From contig NC_068998.1 in assembly GCF_001194135.2 (NCBI RefSeq), positions 8,603,651-8,667,650 of the forward strand: a DNA stretch of 64,000 bases, written 5' to 3'. How positions within the stretch are numbered: the stretch's first letter is position 1; every line of letters begins with the position of its first letter. The notes beneath the pieces are model-generated. The model was given only the letters and a program-made list of their open reading frames with translations, was not told the DNA's origin and ran no database searches. This document shows, piece after piece, positions 61,283 to 64,000 of this stretch. Position numbers and translations under genes: made by a program. Origin of the DNA: Octopus bimaculoides (Eukaryota).

Positions 61283-62028
61283 GAAAGAATTTCATAAGCG
61301 CAAACTGTTTGGAAGTCTGTTTTATGAATATATATATGTTTGAGTTAGTGTTTGCGTCTTCGACTTCAATCGTTTGACACTTAGTTCAGTAAAACGATAG
61401 CGCGATATCATACGAGCTGAAAGTAAACAGTGCCACACCACTTCACAAACGATGTTGTTTGACGTTCGGCAAACGACAAAGACAGAATTAGCGCCAGAAA
61501 ACAAAAAAAAATGTACATGGTTTTATTTGGTCGATAAAACATTGAAAGGTGATACTCCAGTATAGGCGTAATCCAGGTGATTGAAATAAGTAAAAAAGAA
61601 ATATAATAAAAAGACGAAATACAAAAAAAAAAGAACACAATATCGATGTCTAGATTTTAAGCAATATTTACCAAGAATAAGAAATATATGAAGGAAGGAA
61701 ATGAAACAAAATTCGACAGACATAACAACGGAACGTACACAGAAAATAATTGGTTATTTAGATAAAGAAAAAATAGGGCAGAGATGTTGTGTGGGGTGGG
61801 GGTAACGAGACAGTAGATGACTTTTAGTAGGGTATGGATTACATTAAATGGAAGTTAGTTTTTCTTGCTAATTGAAATGTTTTGCTTTATTTACGATAAT
61901 ATTTGCGGTAATGTTAAAGTCAATTTAGGAAATTATAGAGACATGTTTTGCCAAATATTTCCGATGCTTTATTCTTTTAAAACTTTCGCGAACTGTTTAC
62001 CTCCCTTTCGTATGTATGTATATGTGTT

Positions 62029-62084
<56 letters not shown>

Positions 62085-62086
<2 letters not shown>

Positions 62087-62375
62087 CTTTTATTCTTTTA
62101 CTTGTTTCAGTCATATGACTGCGGCCATGCTGGAGCACCGCCTTTAGTCGAACAAATCGACCCCAGGACATATTCTTTGTAATCCTAGTACATATTCTGT
62201 CGGTTCTTTGTTGCCGAACCGCTACGTTACGGGGTGGTAAACACACCAGCATTGTTTGTCAAGCCATGATGGGAGGGGGGGGGCCAAGCACATACACACA
62301 AGTATGTATATGTCAGTGGGATTGAACCCGGAACCATGTGGTTGGGAAGCACACAGTTACCACATGCTTACGTCT
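62085..62375 (-). mobile_element. SINE family B/C tail joined to a head fragment (core deleted)
   Basis: Tail as at 60102, then cagtgggattgaacccggaaccatgtggttgggaagc. Confidence 0.85.
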
Positions 62376-62559
62376 ATGTATGTATGTATGTATGTAGCGG
62401 GTGTTGAGACTAAATATGTATGTATGTACCGGATGTTAAGACTAAATTATGTCTCATGTTTTTCAGGAACAGCTTGCAGTATTGGTGAACAGTCGCTTCC
62501 AGTGGACCCCGCATTACTTTATTTCTTACTCCGAAATTTTTGCCCGAAATTTTATACAT

Positions 62560-62750
62560 TTTTTACCCCCACACGACAACTAAATTCCCGAATTCCCAGG
62601 TTATAACGAATTTCTTTACTTTGTTGATGTCTTTTGTACTTCTGTGCCACACCGTAGCTAGAGTGAGTGCCGCCAGAGACAACCCTAGCGTTTTCAACTC
62701 CTCCCTCAAAACATAATTATACAGCAGACTTAAAAGTGTCTCTCCCATAA
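62560..62750 (-). pseudogene. Possible decayed L1/Tx1 ORF2 C-terminal fragment
   Basis: ORF MGETLLSLLYNYVLREELKTLGLSLAALTLATVWHRS has a loose L....F..RW-like pattern. Weak. Confidence 0.2.
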
Positions 62751-63853
62751 AAACGTCACGCGGAAAGGAGCGCCCACATCCTCCTCAACTGCTCGTTACT
62801 CTACAGTTACAATGAGATTAATAATTTTAATAATTTTTACATGATACTCGTTAACTCAATCAAGGTTTGTACCTCTCTTATCCTGAAAGCATCAAATTGT
62901 TATCCGTGTGAACGACAGTAAATTTGCGTATAAAACAGTTACGCTCCTTTTTTTTTATATCCCTGCCGCAATTTAGCTGAACACGGTCTATAATTATATA
63001 TGAAGGCATCTGTAGGCGATTGAAATCAGAGGAGAAAATCGATCGATCAATATAACGAATGTTAAACTGTCTCGCAAGAAAATGGATTAACTAATTATCC
63101 TTTTACTACTCAACATTCTAACCAATTAAAAGGGGGTATTTTTGCGTGTTATTCAATAAACGTTTGTAAAAATATCAACCTACGTGTTTTATTTGTACTG
63201 TTTATATTAATTTGTCTTTATCAGCGTTAGAATTATTATAATTATTCGTGCTGAATTCCTAAATGAGGCAATTAAAGCTGGGTCCATTATAGTCGTATTT
63301 ATGACCAGACTGATCTATTAATTTTAAGATTTCAGCAGGCATTAACGTAAATAAACATAATAACAATAATAATAACAATAATAATAGTAACAATAATAAT
63401 AGAACTGTATTAATAACGTCGATTTTTCACTCACATAAATTCACATCCTATGTGATTATCTCATTTAACAGTGTTGTAATCTTTCAGCATTTTTGGCTTC
63501 TTCAATTAATATTTCTATTTCAATCAACCTTCATTATACATCCTCATTTCATATTTACAAAACGATGTTTTCTAAAAGTCTGTTATTACACAGTTAATTT
63601 TGGATATTGGTAAGGTAAAATATTTAAAAACAAAAACAAAAGAAAATAAAAACGCAAATTAAATTTCCAAATGATAATATTTCTTGAATGAGTTTGTTTT
63701 GGGGGTCTCTTTTTATTTTCCTGGGCGTGGGGGAGAGAAAAGCATCGCTATTATGGTGGCTGCCCAGATTGAGATATTTCTTCTTAAATATAACATATTT
63801 CCTTCTAAACCAATTCATCATCAGGTGTTTAGTCTTGTGAGTTTACCATAATT

Positions 63854-63892
<39 letters not shown>

Positions 63893-63960
63893 AAAAAGGG
63901 AGAGAATTTCGATTATCCCAAGCGGTGAGTAGTAATGCAATATATACATATGTATGTGTG

Positions 63961-64000
<40 letters not shown>

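Noticed and set aside
292-63821. Most ORFs in the six-frame track (YIYI, HTHT, CVCV, LSLS, RERE, DDDD runs and X-filled ORFs)
   Set aside because: They are translations of microsatellites or read through N gaps, with no coding complexity.
1-64000. CRISPR arrays, rRNA, operons or prokaryotic signals
   Set aside because: There is no repeat-spacer periodicity or rRNA-like sequence; the window is eukaryotic repeat-rich DNA.

Overview
This is an AT-rich animal genomic window (roughly one-third GC by eye) from a gappy draft assembly, with about 16 N-runs, most of them next to microsatellites. It contains no recognisable intact protein-coding gene, no rRNA, no intact tRNA gene and no CRISPR array. 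Nearly all ORFs in the supplied track are microsatellite or N-gap artefacts. The repeats suggest a coleoid cephalopod, probably Octopus; this is inferred from repeat content, not database-checked. The window holds very dense (TA)n, (CA)n, (AGAT)n, (TACA)n and (GAT)n arrays and more than 30 copies or fragments of SINE-type families, labelled A, B/C, D and E here. It also holds decayed retroelements: a Penelope-like RT (44.3-45.1 kb), an RTE ORF2 C-terminus (23.6-23.9 kb) and a frameshifted L1/Tx1-like gag ORF1 with a CCHC knuckle (27.8-29.1 kb), plus several MITE or foldback elements. The best lead is a ~280-bp retroposon at 7616-7895. It joins a tRNA-like Pol III head (A and B boxes), an (AAT)n linker and a tail containing an intact-looking minimal type I hammerhead ribozyme (7769-7814), and it is flanked by a 12-bp target-site duplication with one mismatch. 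A second copy of the tail and three decayed hammerhead-like motifs occur elsewhere in the window. Other leads are a 158-bp/98% foldback element inside (TA)n, an ORF1-only Tx1-like element whose 3' end resembles a SINE tail, and a few unproven splice-flanked exon candidates, one encoding an MGxxxS-polybasic N-terminus. Boundaries of degenerate repeats are approximate (tens of bp), and all alignments were done by eye.
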